NCBI RefSeq assembly: GCF_011386835.1
Contig: NC_088794.1
Coordinates: 84,630,001-84,694,000 of the forward strand
Origin: Chrysemys picta bellii
Lineage: Eukaryota
Length of the DNA stretch: 64,000 bases
Direction of reading: 5' to 3'
Part shown: positions 1 to 12,858 of the stretch, piece by piece
Layout of the letters: each line of letters opens with the position of its first letter
Numbering within the stretch: position 1 is the first letter of the stretch
The notes under the pieces: model-generated
Databases searched by the model: none
Told to the model about the DNA's origin: nothing
What the model saw: the letters and a program-made list of their open reading frames with translations, nothing else
Position numbers and translations under genes: made by a program

Positions 1-3000
1 AATCAGCCACACAACAAACAGCCACTTGTTAAGTAGACAGTCCTAGAGTGAGAAGTCCCTCTGTCACACAGATCTATCAACTTCTTCTCTTCTGATCCCA
101 AATATGTCTACAGACACACCTGTGGAGACTTGAGGCCCCCATTCAGCCCCATAACCTGCTTGTTTCCTCTGGGAGTTGACGGGTCCGACCCTACTAGTTA
201 CAAACATTTCAAATATTTGAAACATGCTGGGGATACTGCAACACTAGGAAAGAAGTCAACTCAGACCAGGTCCCTAGAGCACTCAAGGAAGATTGGAGCG
301 AACACCTCTCCTTTTACTTTCCACACATGAATCAGCAGAAAGCTTTAGTAATCAAAATCCCAGAGATTTAGGGCCTGATTTCCAGAGGTGCAGAACATCC
401 ATAGCTCCAGCTGAAGTGAGCAGGAGCTTTAAGTGGTCAGCATCAAGACCTTGAGCCTCGTCTATCCTGAGGAAAAATTTTCAAAAGATCACACCAGTGC
501 TAATGGTTGGTGCAGTTGCCACCACTGTTTTCAGCACCATTTCATTAACCCTGCTCAGAGTAAGTCCTATCAACACTGTGTTTACAACAGCGTCTGAAGC
601 TGGGAGCCTGTTTACACGAGGCTAAACATCTGTAACCTCAGTTCAGCTGAACTTGTATTAAAGGTAAGACAATTTTTTAAAATGTCCCTAGTGTAAATAG
701 AGTCTTAGTGTGAGGTTCACACAAATGCGCAGTCAGAAAGAAGAGTTAAGTTTCTAGCACTTCCTAATAAGGTATTCCATGAAGGCCCAACCTCCAACAT
801 CACCTTCAACCTGCACTCACCGCCTCAAACCAAAAAAGGCGGGGCAGGGTCTATCCCCTTATTAATCCTGGTTAACCACAAGTGGCAAAGAAATCATGCA
901 GCTTGTCAGACAGAGTATCTACCTTTCACTAATCCTCAGGGCAGTCAGAGTGAGAGCAGCTCTTCTGGGGCAGAGTATAATACCAGTTCCCAAGGCAGGC
1001 AGGGCCATCAAAGCCCCCCAGAGAGGAGCAGCCCTCTTTTTGGAGCTTGCAGCATTGCTGTTCTAGTGTGCCCACTGCGCTCTTTCCCAGCAAGGGAACT
1101 GTATACCCATCTCCACTCCCAGTTCTAGATTCACAACTTCCATGGATTGTAACTTACAAGAAAAGCCCCACAAACAGATCACCTTTCATGTGGAAATCAG
1201 TCCTCCCCAGAAACACAGACAGATGGACGGATGCACGCGAGGACAGAGACTGCAAGCTCTGGCTCACAATTCTGATCAGCAAATGCCGTGCGTGCACAAG
1301 ACCAGCCACACCGCCTAGCTAGCTAATGTGCTGTTGCTGTACAAATATAGAAAGCAGAAAGTGGAATGACAGCTTCAGCAGAACACATTCTGCTCAGCTT
1401 TTTCAGAGGGAGGAGCACGGAGTTGAACAGCTTTACCCATACATGGTCGATGAAAGGGGTCACTGCTGAGACAAGTTTCTTCTCACACATTCATTCACCG
1501 TGGGACTGTGCTGGAGAAGAAACAGAACTAAGCTCCAAGGGGGGGAGGGGGGGAAAGTGGCACACTATGAACTTTGCTTTAAGTAAGGTTTGACAGAGTC
1601 CATTTCAGTTAAACAAATTTCCAGTACCCATATCCAACAAAATCCTGACAGCACCAAGTCTGACATAAGGGGAAACCTTAATGTTCAGAAAATCCTTAAA
1701 TCTATCCACATTCCTGAGCTGCTGTCTGATCTGCACAGGTGATGCCTTCACAGCTGCTTCCAGAAGCACCTGCCCAATTACCTACTCAGACTGTCTTCAA
1801 ATTGATTTACAGCAATAATTTTGATCTGACTTTTTTTGATACTTTCCTAAACTGGCTAATACAAACTTTCCCACTGGTTGATATAAACAGAAACATGTTA
1901 GAAGTCTTGATCTCCCTACTAGATTACTACATCTTAAATCTTTAACAGTTAACATTCTCAGACAATGTAATTTTTCATATTCTTTTTACAAAAGGAAAAA
2001 AATACCTGACCCAGCTTAACATGCAAGCCCTTGTTTTAGGATAACAAGAATTCTGGCATGGAAAGACAGCAGCAATCTAATTCTATATCCAAGGCCCCAT
2101 ATGCTCCACAGAAAGCATAATATAAGTTCTGGGGCCTGATCCCTGGATTCTGGTGTGGCAGACTGCAAAATCTGTGGCAGTTTCATTTATATTTTAAAGT
2201 GTATGTTTTTTATTAAATATTAAAATAGTATAATCAATACAGCAGCCTCAGTTATTTGTATATTAAATTCAATTTATTTTATACTGACTCGTATTTTCCA
2301 ATTTCAGTATGCTGCAGATTTTTGTACTCATACTTCAGAAGTTATTAGGGACAAAATCTGACTTTTGGCAGATAAATAAGGGGCAACTGAAATTTTAGCA
2401 TCAAAGGAGACATGGGAGCCAGTCTGGAACTGAGATAAGCACATCAGCTGGATATTTCTGATAAACAATCAGTAATAAAATAAGAAACAACACTGACGTT
2501 TAAACTCCTCTTTCCGTTTCGGAGGTAAAACTCCATTAAGGTGAATGGGGTACTTCACATCTCTTATACAGTTATTGCTTCAGACTGTCTGCAAACTTCA
2601 GAGGATAACTCTGCATCAATTACATACTAGCCACATTTTCAAGGTTTTTTTTCCACAACAAGGGCTACCATATAGACTCTGCTCCTATTGAAATCAATAG
2701 TAAAACTCGCATTAACATTAGTGGTGCAGGACCAGGCCAACGTTTTAAAAACATGAATTCTGAAGCACAATTCTGCACCAGAGGATGAATTTTGTGGCAA
2801 ACATAAATGTGGAAGACAAAGAACCCTGTCTAGATCCTGCCTCTGATGATCAAATGTCAGGTGATTCAAAGGAAGGCACTTATGACATCTAATGCAAAAG
2901 GAAATTCCCACTGCAAAGTAATATATGAGAATCCAGCCCATGAGAATCAGGAAATTCTCATTTAAGGAGCCCCAATTCATTTTAATTATCTTCTCTTTGT

Positions 3001-3448
3001 TCATGTATCACTATAGTTAATTATTATTGAGCAGTCAAAACTGCACTTTGTGCTTCAGAGAAAGAAATAAGAAAGAGAAATAAACAAGACCTTTCTCTGA
3101 AGAGCTTTTTTTAAATTATTAATCATGTTTATTATAGTAGAACTTAAGGACCAACCAAGAATGAGGCCCCATTGTGCTAGGCATTGTACAAACACAGAGA
3201 AGTAGACAGTTCTTACTACTCTGTGTTCGTACAGTGCCCAACAATTTACAACCTAAACACATGAAACAGGTAATGAGGTTTATAGATACGACAAAGAGGG
3301 AAGGGGAAAGGAAAAAGGGCACTATTACAAGATAACATGGTTCCTCGTTAAGACAAATGCATGCCTTGATGATTTAAATTAGCTTTATTAAAAAAAATTA
3401 AGTTCTCATTAGTAACAACAGAAATGAGTTTTGGGGTGGACTATAATA

Positions 3449-4260
3449 AGGAACATAAGAACGGCCATTCTAGGTCAGACCAAAGGTCCAGCTAGCCCAG
3501 TATCCTATCTTCCGATAGTGGCCAATGCCAGATGCCCTAGAGGGAATAAACAGAACAGGCAATCATTAAATGATCCATCCCCTGTAGCCCATTCCCAGCT
3601 TCTGGCAAACAGAGGCTAGGGACACCATCCCTGCCTGTCCTGGCTAATAGCCATTGATGGACCTATCCTCCATGAATTTAGCTAGCTCTTTTTTCAACCC
3701 TGTTATAGTCTTGGCCTCCACAACATCCTCTGGCAAGGAGTTCCACAGACTGACTGACTGCGTTGTGTGAAAAAAGACTTCCTTTTGTTTTAAACCTGCT
3801 ACCTATTACTTTTACATGGTGACCCCTAGTTCTTGTGTTATGAGGAGTAAATAACACTTCCTTAATTACTTTCTCCACACCAGTCATGATTTTATAGACC
3901 TCTATCAGATCCCACCCCCTTAGTCATCTCTTTTCCAAGCTGAAAAGTCCCAGTCTTATTAATCTTTCCTCATATGGCAGCCGCTCCATACCCCTAATCA
4001 TTTTTGTTGCTTTACTGAACCTTTTCCAACCTTTTTGAGAAGGGGTGACCAAGTCTGCACATAGTATTCAAGATCTGGGTGTACCATGGATTTATATGGA
4101 TGCAATATATTTTCTGTCTTATCTATCCATCCGAATCTTAATGATTCGTTTTTTTGACTGCCGCTGCACATTGAGTGGATGTTTTCAGAGAACTATCCAC
4201 AATGATATTTTATATGTATAGTTGGGATTGTGTTTTCCAGTGTGCATTACTTTGCATTTA
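3449..4260 (-). mobile_element. CR1 LINE 3' fragment
   Basis: Reverse complement of a CR1 3' tail (TTCTTATGTTC) and 3'UTR; minus ORF 3678..3887 contains the ORF2 C-terminal motif HNTRTRGH. Confidence 0.85.
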
Positions 4261-4517
4261 GGAGAAAAAGGTTTACGGAAGGTGTACTATATACAAGCTA
4301 GGGATGTTTAAATTATAGGGAAAGCAAGATTTTTATAGCAATTTGCCTTCAGAGAGCATTCAAACAGAACCATATGCAGCGTTCTAAATTCCTTCTCTAC
4401 TACTGGAAGACTACAGAACGGAGCACCCTCCTACCAAAAGCAGCATCCACTGATATCTGAACATCTAGCCTGTAAAATTTTGCAAAGGTATGAAAGCTGA
4501 CCAGGTGGCCATCTTGG

Positions 4518-6571
4518 AAAACTACTAACTGTAGTACATAACCTATAATTTAAATCAGCTTCTGTACCAGATGATTGGAGGATAGCTAATGTGACACCAT
4601 TTTTTAAAAAAGGCTCCAGAGGTGATCCTGTCAATTACAGACCAGTAACCCTAACTTCAATACCAGGCAAATTGGTTGAAACTACAGTAAAGAACAGAAT
4701 TATCAGACACATAGATGAATACAATTTGTTGGGGAAGAGTCAACATGGTTTTGGGGTGAGGCATGATTTCCCTTTAGAAATCTATTAAAATTTTTTGAGG
4801 GGGTCAACAAACAAGTGGAGAAGGGTGATCCAGAGGATGCAGTGTACTAGGACTTTCTGAAAGCCTTTGACAAGGTGCCTCACCAAAGGCTCTTAAGCAA
4901 AGTACCTAATCATGGGATAAGAGGGAAGGTCCTCTCGTGGATTAGTAACTGGTTAAAAAACAGGAAACAAACGGCAGGAATAAATGGTCAGTTTTCCAAA
5001 TGGAGAGGTAAATAGTGGTGTCCCCTAGAGATCAGTACTGGGACCAATACTATTCAACATATTCATAAATGATCTGGAAAAAGGGGTAAATAGGGAGGTG
5101 GCAAAGTTTGCAGATGATACAAAATTACTCAAGATAGTTAAGTCCAAAGCAGACTGCAAAGAGTTACAACAGGATCTCACAAAATTGGGTGCATGGGGAA
5201 CAAAATGGCAGATGAAATTTACTGTTGATAAATGCAAAGTAATGCACATTAGAAAACATAATCCCAGTTATACATACAAAATGATGAGATCTAACTTAGC
5301 TGTTACCACCCAAGAAAGAGAACTTGGCATCACTGTGGACACTTCTCGAAAAACATACACTCTGTGTGTGGCGACAATCAAAAAAAGATAACAATGTTAG
5401 GAACCATGACGAAAGGGATAGATAATAAGACAGAAAAGATCATAATGCTGCTATATAAATCCTTGGTACGCCCACATCTTGAATACTGTGTGCAGTTCTG
5501 GTCACCCCATCTCAAAAAAGACATGAGAATTGGGAAATGTACAGAGAAGGGCAATAAAATTGATTAAGTGTATGGAACAGCTTCCATATGAGAAGAGATT
5601 AAAAAGACTGGGACTATTTATCTTGGAAAAGACATAAACAAGAAGGGATATGATAGAGGTCTACAAAATTATGAATGTTGTGGAGAAAGTGAATAAGGAA
5701 GTGTTATTTACTCCTTCATGTATGGGCCCTACCTAATTCATAGACAAAATAAGATCTCCTCCATGAAATCTAGCTATTGTAGGGGAGGGGGAGGGAGAGG
5801 ACTGGGGGTGCCATAGCCAGGGGCTCCTACCATGCACTGGACTCCAGCGGCAGGACTAGGACTTCATCTTCCCCTGCATGGCCGCTCTGGGGGGGGGGGG
5901 GGGGGGGGAATCAGACCCACCTCCAGGAACCTCCCCCAGCTGCAGGAGGCTCTGAAGGCAACACAGAAGTGAGGGTGGCAATCCCACAATACCCTTACAA
6001 CAGTTTTACTCCCTCCCCTTTCTCCCCCCCCCATCCCTTTTGGGTCGGGACCCCCAAGGTTATAATACCATAAAATTTCAGATATAAACATCTAAAATCG
6101 TGAAATTGGCTATTTTAAAAATCCTACAACTGTGAAATTGACCAAAGTGGACCATGAATTAGGTATGGCCCTATTCATGTAACACAAGAACAGGGGTCAC
6201 CCAATGAAATTAATAGGCAATAGGTTTAAAACAAACAAAAGGAAGTATTTCTTCACACAATGCACAGTCGATCTGCGGAACTCATTGCCAGGGGATGTTG
6301 TGAAGGCCAAAACTATAACAGGATTAAAAAAAAAAATTAGATAGGTTCATGGAGAATAGGTTCACCACTGGCTATTAGTCAAGATGGTCAGGGATGAAAC
6401 CTCATGCTCTGGGTATCCCTAGCCTGTGACTGCTGGGAGTGGACAATAGGGGACGGTTTTCTCAATGATTGCCTTTTCTGTTCATTCCCTCTGAAGCACT
6501 TGGCATTGGTCACTGCCAGAAGAGCTGGGCTAGATGGACCATTGGTCTGACCCAGTGTGGTCATTCTTATA
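4518..6571 (+). mobile_element. 5'-truncated CR1 LINE (RT region to 3' tail), interrupted by a hAT MITE
   Basis: Fragments read GDPVNYRPVTLTSIPGKLVE, KFADDTK and [14 protein letters not shown]; ends in CATTCTTAT; frameshifted. Confidence 0.9.
5723..6173. mobile_element. Non-autonomous hAT-like element (TAGGGCCCTACC-type termini)
   Basis: Imperfect TIRs TGGGCCCTACCTAATTCAT / ATGAATTAGGTATGGCCCTA; exact 8-bp TSD TTCATGTA at 5715-5722 and 6174-6181; CR1 resumes across it. Confidence 0.85.
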
Positions 6572-6574
6572 TAG

Positions 6575-7135
6575 TGCACAAGATCCTGCAGCCCCGAAAG
6601 GCACCTGTCTCAGCAAATAGGTGTCAATACTGGTTTCTGAGAGAGACATTTTTAACTTATAGCTTCATGAATGCATCATTTCATCCACTTTGTAATAGTG
6701 GATTAAAATGCTCTCTTTTTTTTTATTTTATTTTTTTAAGATGGCTCTATGGACTCTATGGACGTTCAATTTATGCCACAAATTCTCTTTTGAATGACAG
6801 TTTTGGGCAAAAGGAAGGGAGCATGATCTCTCGGACTCTGTGAAACACTGTGTTAATTTTGGAGATGAAGGTCAGGTCTGTTTGAAGAACTACCTTATTT
6901 TGGAATGTGCAGTACTATTCTTTGAAGGGTAAGGCCCCCAAGCACCCCACATCTGGGTAGAGGTGATGACTACCAGGAAGGCCATCCTTGATGGGGATGA
7001 AATACATGGATACTTTCTGGAGGTAGTGAATGCTCTAATGAATGCTGAATCAGGCTGTTGCGCTTCATCATGGAACCTCAATATGTTTCTTAATGAATCC
7101 TCAAACAACAAATAAGGATGCAGCTCTAAAGAAGT
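6575..7135 (-). mobile_element. DIRS-type retrotransposon, tyrosine recombinase remnant
   Basis: Manual minus-strand translation gives AFLVVITS, KVVLQTDLTFISKINTVFH, IMLPSFCPK, WHKLNVHR and STITKWMK*CI, in the order of the DIRS YR motifs; stops and frameshifts present. Confidence 0.7.
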
Positions 7136-7179
7136 GCATAATATCCAAGCATGAAGAAATCCTTTGCCTGTGAAGAAAG

Positions 7180-7363
7180 TATACTAGATAGCACAGCAAT
7201 TTTTTTTTTTAGTAGTTTACATTTAATAGTACTGTACTGCATGTGCCTTTTTTTTGTCTCTCTCTGCCGCTGCCTGATTACATACTTCTGGTTTCAAATG
7301 AGGTGTGTGGTTGACTGGTTCAGTTCTTAACTCTGGTGTTCATAACTCTGAGGTTCTGCTGTA
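7180..7363. mobile_element. Tc1/mariner (Tigger-like) terminal fragment inside the DIRS
   Basis: Ends CATAACTCTGAGGTTCTGCTG followed by TA; left boundary unclear. Confidence 0.45.
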
Positions 7364-7366
7364 TTA

Positions 7367-7620
7367 GGTCTAGTCTACATACAAAGTTGCACTAGTTTAA
7401 CTGAAGGTAAAAATTTAAACTGATTTAGTTAAACCACTGCAAAATACAGCATAGTCATGTTGGTTTAAACTTGGCTTATACTGGTTGAGCTTGTTTTGAT
7501 ACATTAACTGGCACAAGCTAAACCAATATTTCCTGTTTTAAACTGATGTGTGTGTCCACAAAGAGTTTTCACTGGCTTAAAATGTTTGAAAAATCAATTT
7601 AGTTAAGTTAAACTCAGGCC
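7367..7620. mobile_element. Harbinger-like MITE inside the DIRS
   Basis: Begins TTA|GGTCTAGTCTACA, resembling Harbinger termini; right end not resolved. Confidence 0.4.
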
Positions 7621-7624
7621 TCTT

Positions 7625-8844
7625 GTGTGTTCAGCCTGAAATGTAATTTTCCTAGATGCTAGCAGAGTGGAGATGACACCTTCCAAGTATCCTCTCTCTT
7701 TCAATTGAGAGCTCAAAACCAGGCAGTTGCCAATTAGTCTCAGGTGCTGTGGGTGACAAATCCTGAGCCAAGCGCAGACCATGTCATAAAGAAAGAAAAA
7801 GAGGTTGGTCTGAGCCACGTTAAGAGGACTGGAGAACCATAGCCTTCTTGGCCAATACAAAGCTACTAATACTACCAGTGCTTTCTCCCTCCTGATCTTC
7901 TGGATAGATCTGAATACCAAGGGGAAAATGCATATAGGAAGCCCACTGGCCACCTATGGGAGACAGCATCCGTGCCTACTGTCCTTGGATCCCTCTTTTG
8001 GGTGGAAAAGAAGGGAGGGGATAATGCAGTTTGTATGTGATGCAAATAGGTCTACATGTGAGACCCTGAATTTCCTCAGTAGGAGTTGAAACACTTCTGG
8101 TTGAAGACTCCACTCCACTTGATCTAACTGTTCCCTGCTTAGCCAGTTCATCACAATGGTTATCTTTCCCTGAATATGCAGAGGTCAGATGCACTAGAAA
8201 TTTCACTCTGCTGAGGGGATCAAAAGGTGCACTCCCTTTTGCACGGATGACAACTTTGTCCCAACCTGCTGACGTACGCCATTGCATTGGTGTTGTCTGT
8301 CACAATTAAGACATGGGAGCTATTCACCCATGGGAGGAGGGCTCTGAGTCCATAATGAATTGCCCTGAGTTTTAACCAATTTATACTGTGTTTCCTCTCT
8401 GCAGTCCAAGTTCCCTATACTGACCTAATCTATGGGTTAGCTCTCCATCCTCTGAAGCTGGCATCAGTGTAAACACCATCCTGTCCCGCTTAGCTACAGG
8501 AAATATCTTCAAAAGGTTTTAGACAGTTTATTATGCTCTAAATGAAGAAGCTGAACTCTCCTGGCAGAAAGGGATAGGATGTGCAGAGTAGGACAGCGGA
8601 AAAGATTGGCAAGCTCTCATGTACACTATGGCTTACCTTAGTGTGTCCACACACAACACAAAAATCCCCAAAACAACAGGGAGTGGACTGAAACATCCTC
8701 GAGGATTCTGACCACCTTTACCAATAAAATTAAACTGTCTTGTCTCTCCTGAGAAATAAAGACCATGGGAGATGATGTGTTGATTTTCATTAACATGTGT
8801 TCATTAACATGTGGGCTAACCATTGTGGAGGGGAAAGTGTTTGA
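7625..8844 (-). mobile_element. DIRS remnant: end of RT, RNase H and methyltransferase-like region
   Basis: Minus strand reads YTDASFRGWRA (8439-8471; RNase H TDAS..GWGA motif), SGKDN, NWLSR..EWSL..VDLFAS..N, KIRREKALVVLVALYWPRRLWF and VISTLLASRK. Confidence 0.8.
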
Positions 8845-8997
8845 GCCCTGGTCTACACTATGAGTTTAGGTTGAATTTAGCAGCGTTAGATTGATTTAAC
8901 CCTGCACCAGTCCACACGACGAAGCCATTTTTGTCAACTTAAAAGGCTTTTAAAATCAATTTCTGTACTCCTCCCCACAAGGGGATCAGCGCTAAAT

Positions 8998-11013
8998 AGA
9001 AAGGAGCATAAACACTGCCAAATTAAGTGTAAAAATGTAATAAGACTAGCCAAAGAGGAGCTTGAAGAACGGCTAACCAAAGACTCAAAAGGTAATAACA
9101 AAATGTTTAAGTACATCAGAAGCAGGAAGCCTGCTAAACAACCAATGGGGCCCCTCGATGATCGAGATACAAAAGGAGCGCTTAAAGACGATAAAGTCAT
9201 TGCGGAGAAACTAAACAAATTCTTTGCTTCAGTCTTCACGGCTAAGAATGTTAGGGAGATTCCCAAACCTGAGCCTGCTTTTGTAGGTGACAAATCTGAG
9301 GAACTGTCACAGATTGAAGTGTCACTAGAGGAGGTTTTGGAATTAATTGATAAACTTAACATTAACAAGTCACCGGGACCAGATGGCATTCATCCAAGAG
9401 TTCTGAAAGAACTCAAATGTGAAGTTGCGGAACTATTAACGAGGGTTTGTAACCTGTCCTTTAAATTGGCTTCTGTACCCAATGACTGGAAGATAGCTAA
9501 TGTAACGCCAATATTTAAAAAGGGCTCTAGAGGTGATTCCGGCAATTACAGACCTGTAAATCTAAAGTTAGTACCAGGCAAATTAGTCGAAACAATAGTA
9601 AAGAATAAAATTGTCAGACACATAGAATAACACAAATTGTTGGGAAAAAGTCAACATGGTTTCTGTAAAGGGAAATCATGTCTTACTAATCTATTAGAGT
9701 TCTTTGAAGGGGTCAACAAACATGTGGACAAGGGGGATCCAGTGGACATAGTGTACTTAGATTTCCAGAAAGTCCTTGACAAGGTCCCTCACCAAAGGCT
9801 CTTACGTAAATTAAGTTGTCATGGGAGAAAAGGGAAGGTCCTTTCATGGACTGAGAACTGGTTAAAAGACAGGGAACAAAGGGTAGGAATTAATGGAAAA
9901 TTCTCAGAATGGAGAGGGGTAACTAGTGGTGTTCCCCAAGGGTCAGTCCTAGGACCAATCCTATTCAATTTATTCAAAAATGATCTGGAGAAAGGGGTAA
10001 AAAGTGAGGTGGTAAAGTTTGCAGATGATACTAAACTGTTCAAGATAGTTAAGACCAAAGCAGACTGCGAAGAACTTCAAAAAGATCTCACAAAACTAAG
10101 TGATTGGCCAACAAAATGGCAAATGAAATTTAATGTGGATAAATGTAAGGTAATGCATATTGGAAAAAATAACCCCAACTATACATACAATATGATGGAG
10201 GCTAATTTAGCTACAACAAATCAGGAAAAAGACCTTGGAGTCATCGTGGATAGTTCTCTGAAGACGTCCACGCAGTGTGCAGAGGCGGTCAAAAAAGCAA
10301 ACAGGATGTTAGGAATCATTAAAAAGGGGATAGAGAATAAGACGGAGAATATATTATTGCCCTTATATAAATCGATGGTACGCCTACATCTTGAATACTG
10401 CATACAGATGTGGTCTCCTCATCTCAAAAAAGATATACTGGCACTAGAAAAGGTTCAGAGAAGGGCAACTAAAATGATTAGGGGTTTGGAGAGGGTCCCA
10501 TATGAGGAGAGATTAAAGAGGCTAGGACTCTTCAGCTTGGAAAAGAGGAGACTAAGGGGGGATATGACAGAGGTATATAAAATCATGAATGATGTGGAGA
10601 AAGTAGATAAGTAAATAACTTTTCCTTATTCCCATAACACAAGAACTAGGGGTCACCAAATAAAATTAATAGGCAGCAGGTTTAAAGCAAATAAAAGGAA
10701 GTTATTCACACAGCATACAGTCAACTTGTGGAACTCCTTACCTGAGGAGGTTGTGAAGGCTAGGACTATAACAGCGTTTAAAAGAAAACTGGATAAATTC
10801 ATGGAGGTTAAGTCCATTAATGGCTTTAGCCAGGATGGGGTCCCTAGGCTCTGTTTGTCAGAGGGTGGAGATGTATGGCAGGAGAGAGATCACTTGATCA
10901 TTACCTGTTAGGTTCACTCCCTCTGGGGCACCTGGCATTGGCCACTGTCGGTAGACAGGATACTGGGCTAGATGGATCTTTGGTCTGATCCAGTACGGCC
11001 ATTCTTATGTTCT
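8998..11013 (+). mobile_element. Young 5'-truncated CR1 LINE with near-intact ORF2 RT
   Basis: One reading frame from 8998 with only two in-frame stops (9628-30, 10612-14); GVPQGSVLGP and KFADDTK motifs; tail ATTCTTATGTTCT; possible TAAAT duplication at 8993-97 / 11014-18. Confidence 0.95.
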
Positions 11014-11219
11014 TAAATTGACCCTGCTGGGTCGAATTTGGGGTAGTGTGGATGCAATTCGACGGTATTGGCCTCCAGGAGCTATCCCAGAGTGCTCCAT
11101 TGTGACGGCTCTGGACAGCACTCTCAACTCAGATGCACTGGCCAGGTAGACAGGAAAAGCCCCACGAACTTTTGAATTTCATTTCCTGTTTGGTCAGCGT
11201 AGTGAGCTGATCAGCACAG

Positions 11220-11507
11220 GTGACCATGAAGTCCCAGAATCACAAAAGAGCCCCAGCATGGACCGAACGGGAGGTACTGCATCTGATCGCTGTATGGGGA
11301 GACGAATCCGTGCTATCCGAACTCCGTTCCAAAAGACAAAATGCCGGAATATTTGAAAAAATCTCCAAGGGCATGAAGGACAGAGGTTGTAACAGGGACC
11401 CGCAGCAATGCCGCATGAAGCCTATCAAAGAACCAGAGAGGCAAACGGCCGCTCCAGGTCAGAGCCCCAGACATGCTGCTTCTATGATGAGCTGCATGCC
11501 ATTCTAG
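11220..11507 (+). pseudogene. Harbinger Myb/SANT (trihelix) DNA-binding ORF, frameshifted
   Basis: KRAPAWTEREVLHLIAVWGDE...IFEKISKGMKDRGCNRDPQQCRMK; continues in a second frame as AYQRTREANGRS...TCCFYDELHAILG. Confidence 0.8.
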
Positions 11508-11745
11508 GGGGTGCCCCTACAACACACCTGTGCTTCCCTTCCCTTCCCCCCCCCCCCGGGCTACCTTGGCAGTTATCCCCCCATTTGTGTGACGAATTAA
11601 TAAAGAATGCATGAATTTGAAACAACAATGACTTTATTGCCTCTGGAAGTGGAGATCAAAGGGGGGAGGGGAGGGTGGTTGGCTTACAGGGAAGTAGAGT
11701 GAACCAAGGGGGCAGGTTTTCATCAAGAAGAAACAAACAGAACTG

Positions 11746-12112
11746 TCACAGCGTAGTCTGGCCAGTCATGAAACTGGTTTTCAAAGCTTCTCTGATGCAC
11801 AGTGCACCCTGCTGTGCTCTTCTAACCGCCCTGGTATCTGGCTGTGCGTAATCAGCGGCCAGGCGATTTGCCTCAACCTCCCAACCCGCCATAAACGTCT
11901 CCCCCTTACTCTCACAGATATTGTGGAGCACACAGCAAGCAGTAATAACGATGGGAATATTGGTTTTGCTGAGGTCTAATCAAGTCAGTAAACTGCGCCA
12001 GCGATCTTTTAAACATCCAAAGGCACATTCTACCACTATTATGCACTTGCTCAGCCTATAGTTGAACTGCTCCTTACTACTGTCTAAGCTTCATGAGCCA
12101 TGGGAGCAAGGG
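11746..12112 (-). pseudogene. Harbinger DDE transposase C-terminal remnant
   Basis: PLLPWLMK ... EQFNYRLSKCIIVVECAFGCLKDRWRSLLT*LDL ... CCVLHNICE ... QPDT..IREAL; one premature stop; the N-terminal part is deleted. Confidence 0.85.
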
Positions 12113-12858
12113 GCAGGGTGGAGTAGGTGCGACCGCGCGGTGCTGCCAACAGAGAGCAGCCTGAGGCAGAAGCCTCCAGCTGACATGATATTCCAGGCAG
12201 GACTGAATCTCCATTAGATGAAACTTAAAGAAGAGAATGACCTGGAGTCATTCCCATTTTTGTCCAGGCGCCCCCGACCAACCTCAGAGGCCGTCCAGGA
12301 GCACCCACGTCTGCCCAGGCGCCGCCTACCAACCTAACCGAGGTCGGTCAGGAGCACCCATTGTGCGACAGCGGCGGCTAGCAGTTGTACTGTACCGTCT
12401 GCGGTCCGCAAGGCAAGGCAAGGCAAGGCAAGGGGATGCTGCTGTGTAGCACTGCAATACCGCGTCTGCCAGCAGCACCCAGGAGACATACGGTGACAGT
12501 GAGCTGAGCGGGCTCCATGCTTGCCATAGTATGTCATCTGCACAGGGAACCCATCTGCTTTCACGGAGGGAGGGAGGCCTGACCACATGTACCCAGGACC
12601 ACCAGCAACAATGTTTTTGCCCCAACAGACATTGGGAGCTCAAACCAGAATTCCAATGGGCGGCAGAGACTGCGGGAACTGTGGGATAGCTACCACAGTG
12701 CAACGCTCCGAAAGTCGACACTAGCCTCGGTACTGTGGACGCACACCGCCGACTTAATGCACTTAGTGGGGACACACACAATCGACTGTATCAAATCGAT
12801 TTCTAAAAAATCGACTTCTATTAAATCGACCTAATTTCGTAGTGTAGACATACCCTAA

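Larger units (their letters stand above)
8845..12855. mobile_element. PIF/Harbinger DNA transposon, internally deleted and split by CR1
   Basis: Termini GCCCTGGTCTACACTAT / GTAGTGTAGACATACCC flanked by TGA / TAA; contains convergent Myb/SANT-like and DDE transposase remnants. Confidence 0.85.

Noticed and set aside
8631-8640. Strong minus-strand donor AAG|GTAAGC
   Set aside because: Lies within the DIRS remnant with no convincing acceptor upstream.
9103-10614. Domesticated reverse-transcriptase gene
   Set aside because: 5'-truncated, no endonuclease domain or promoter, two internal stops and a CR1 tail: an ordinary young insertion.
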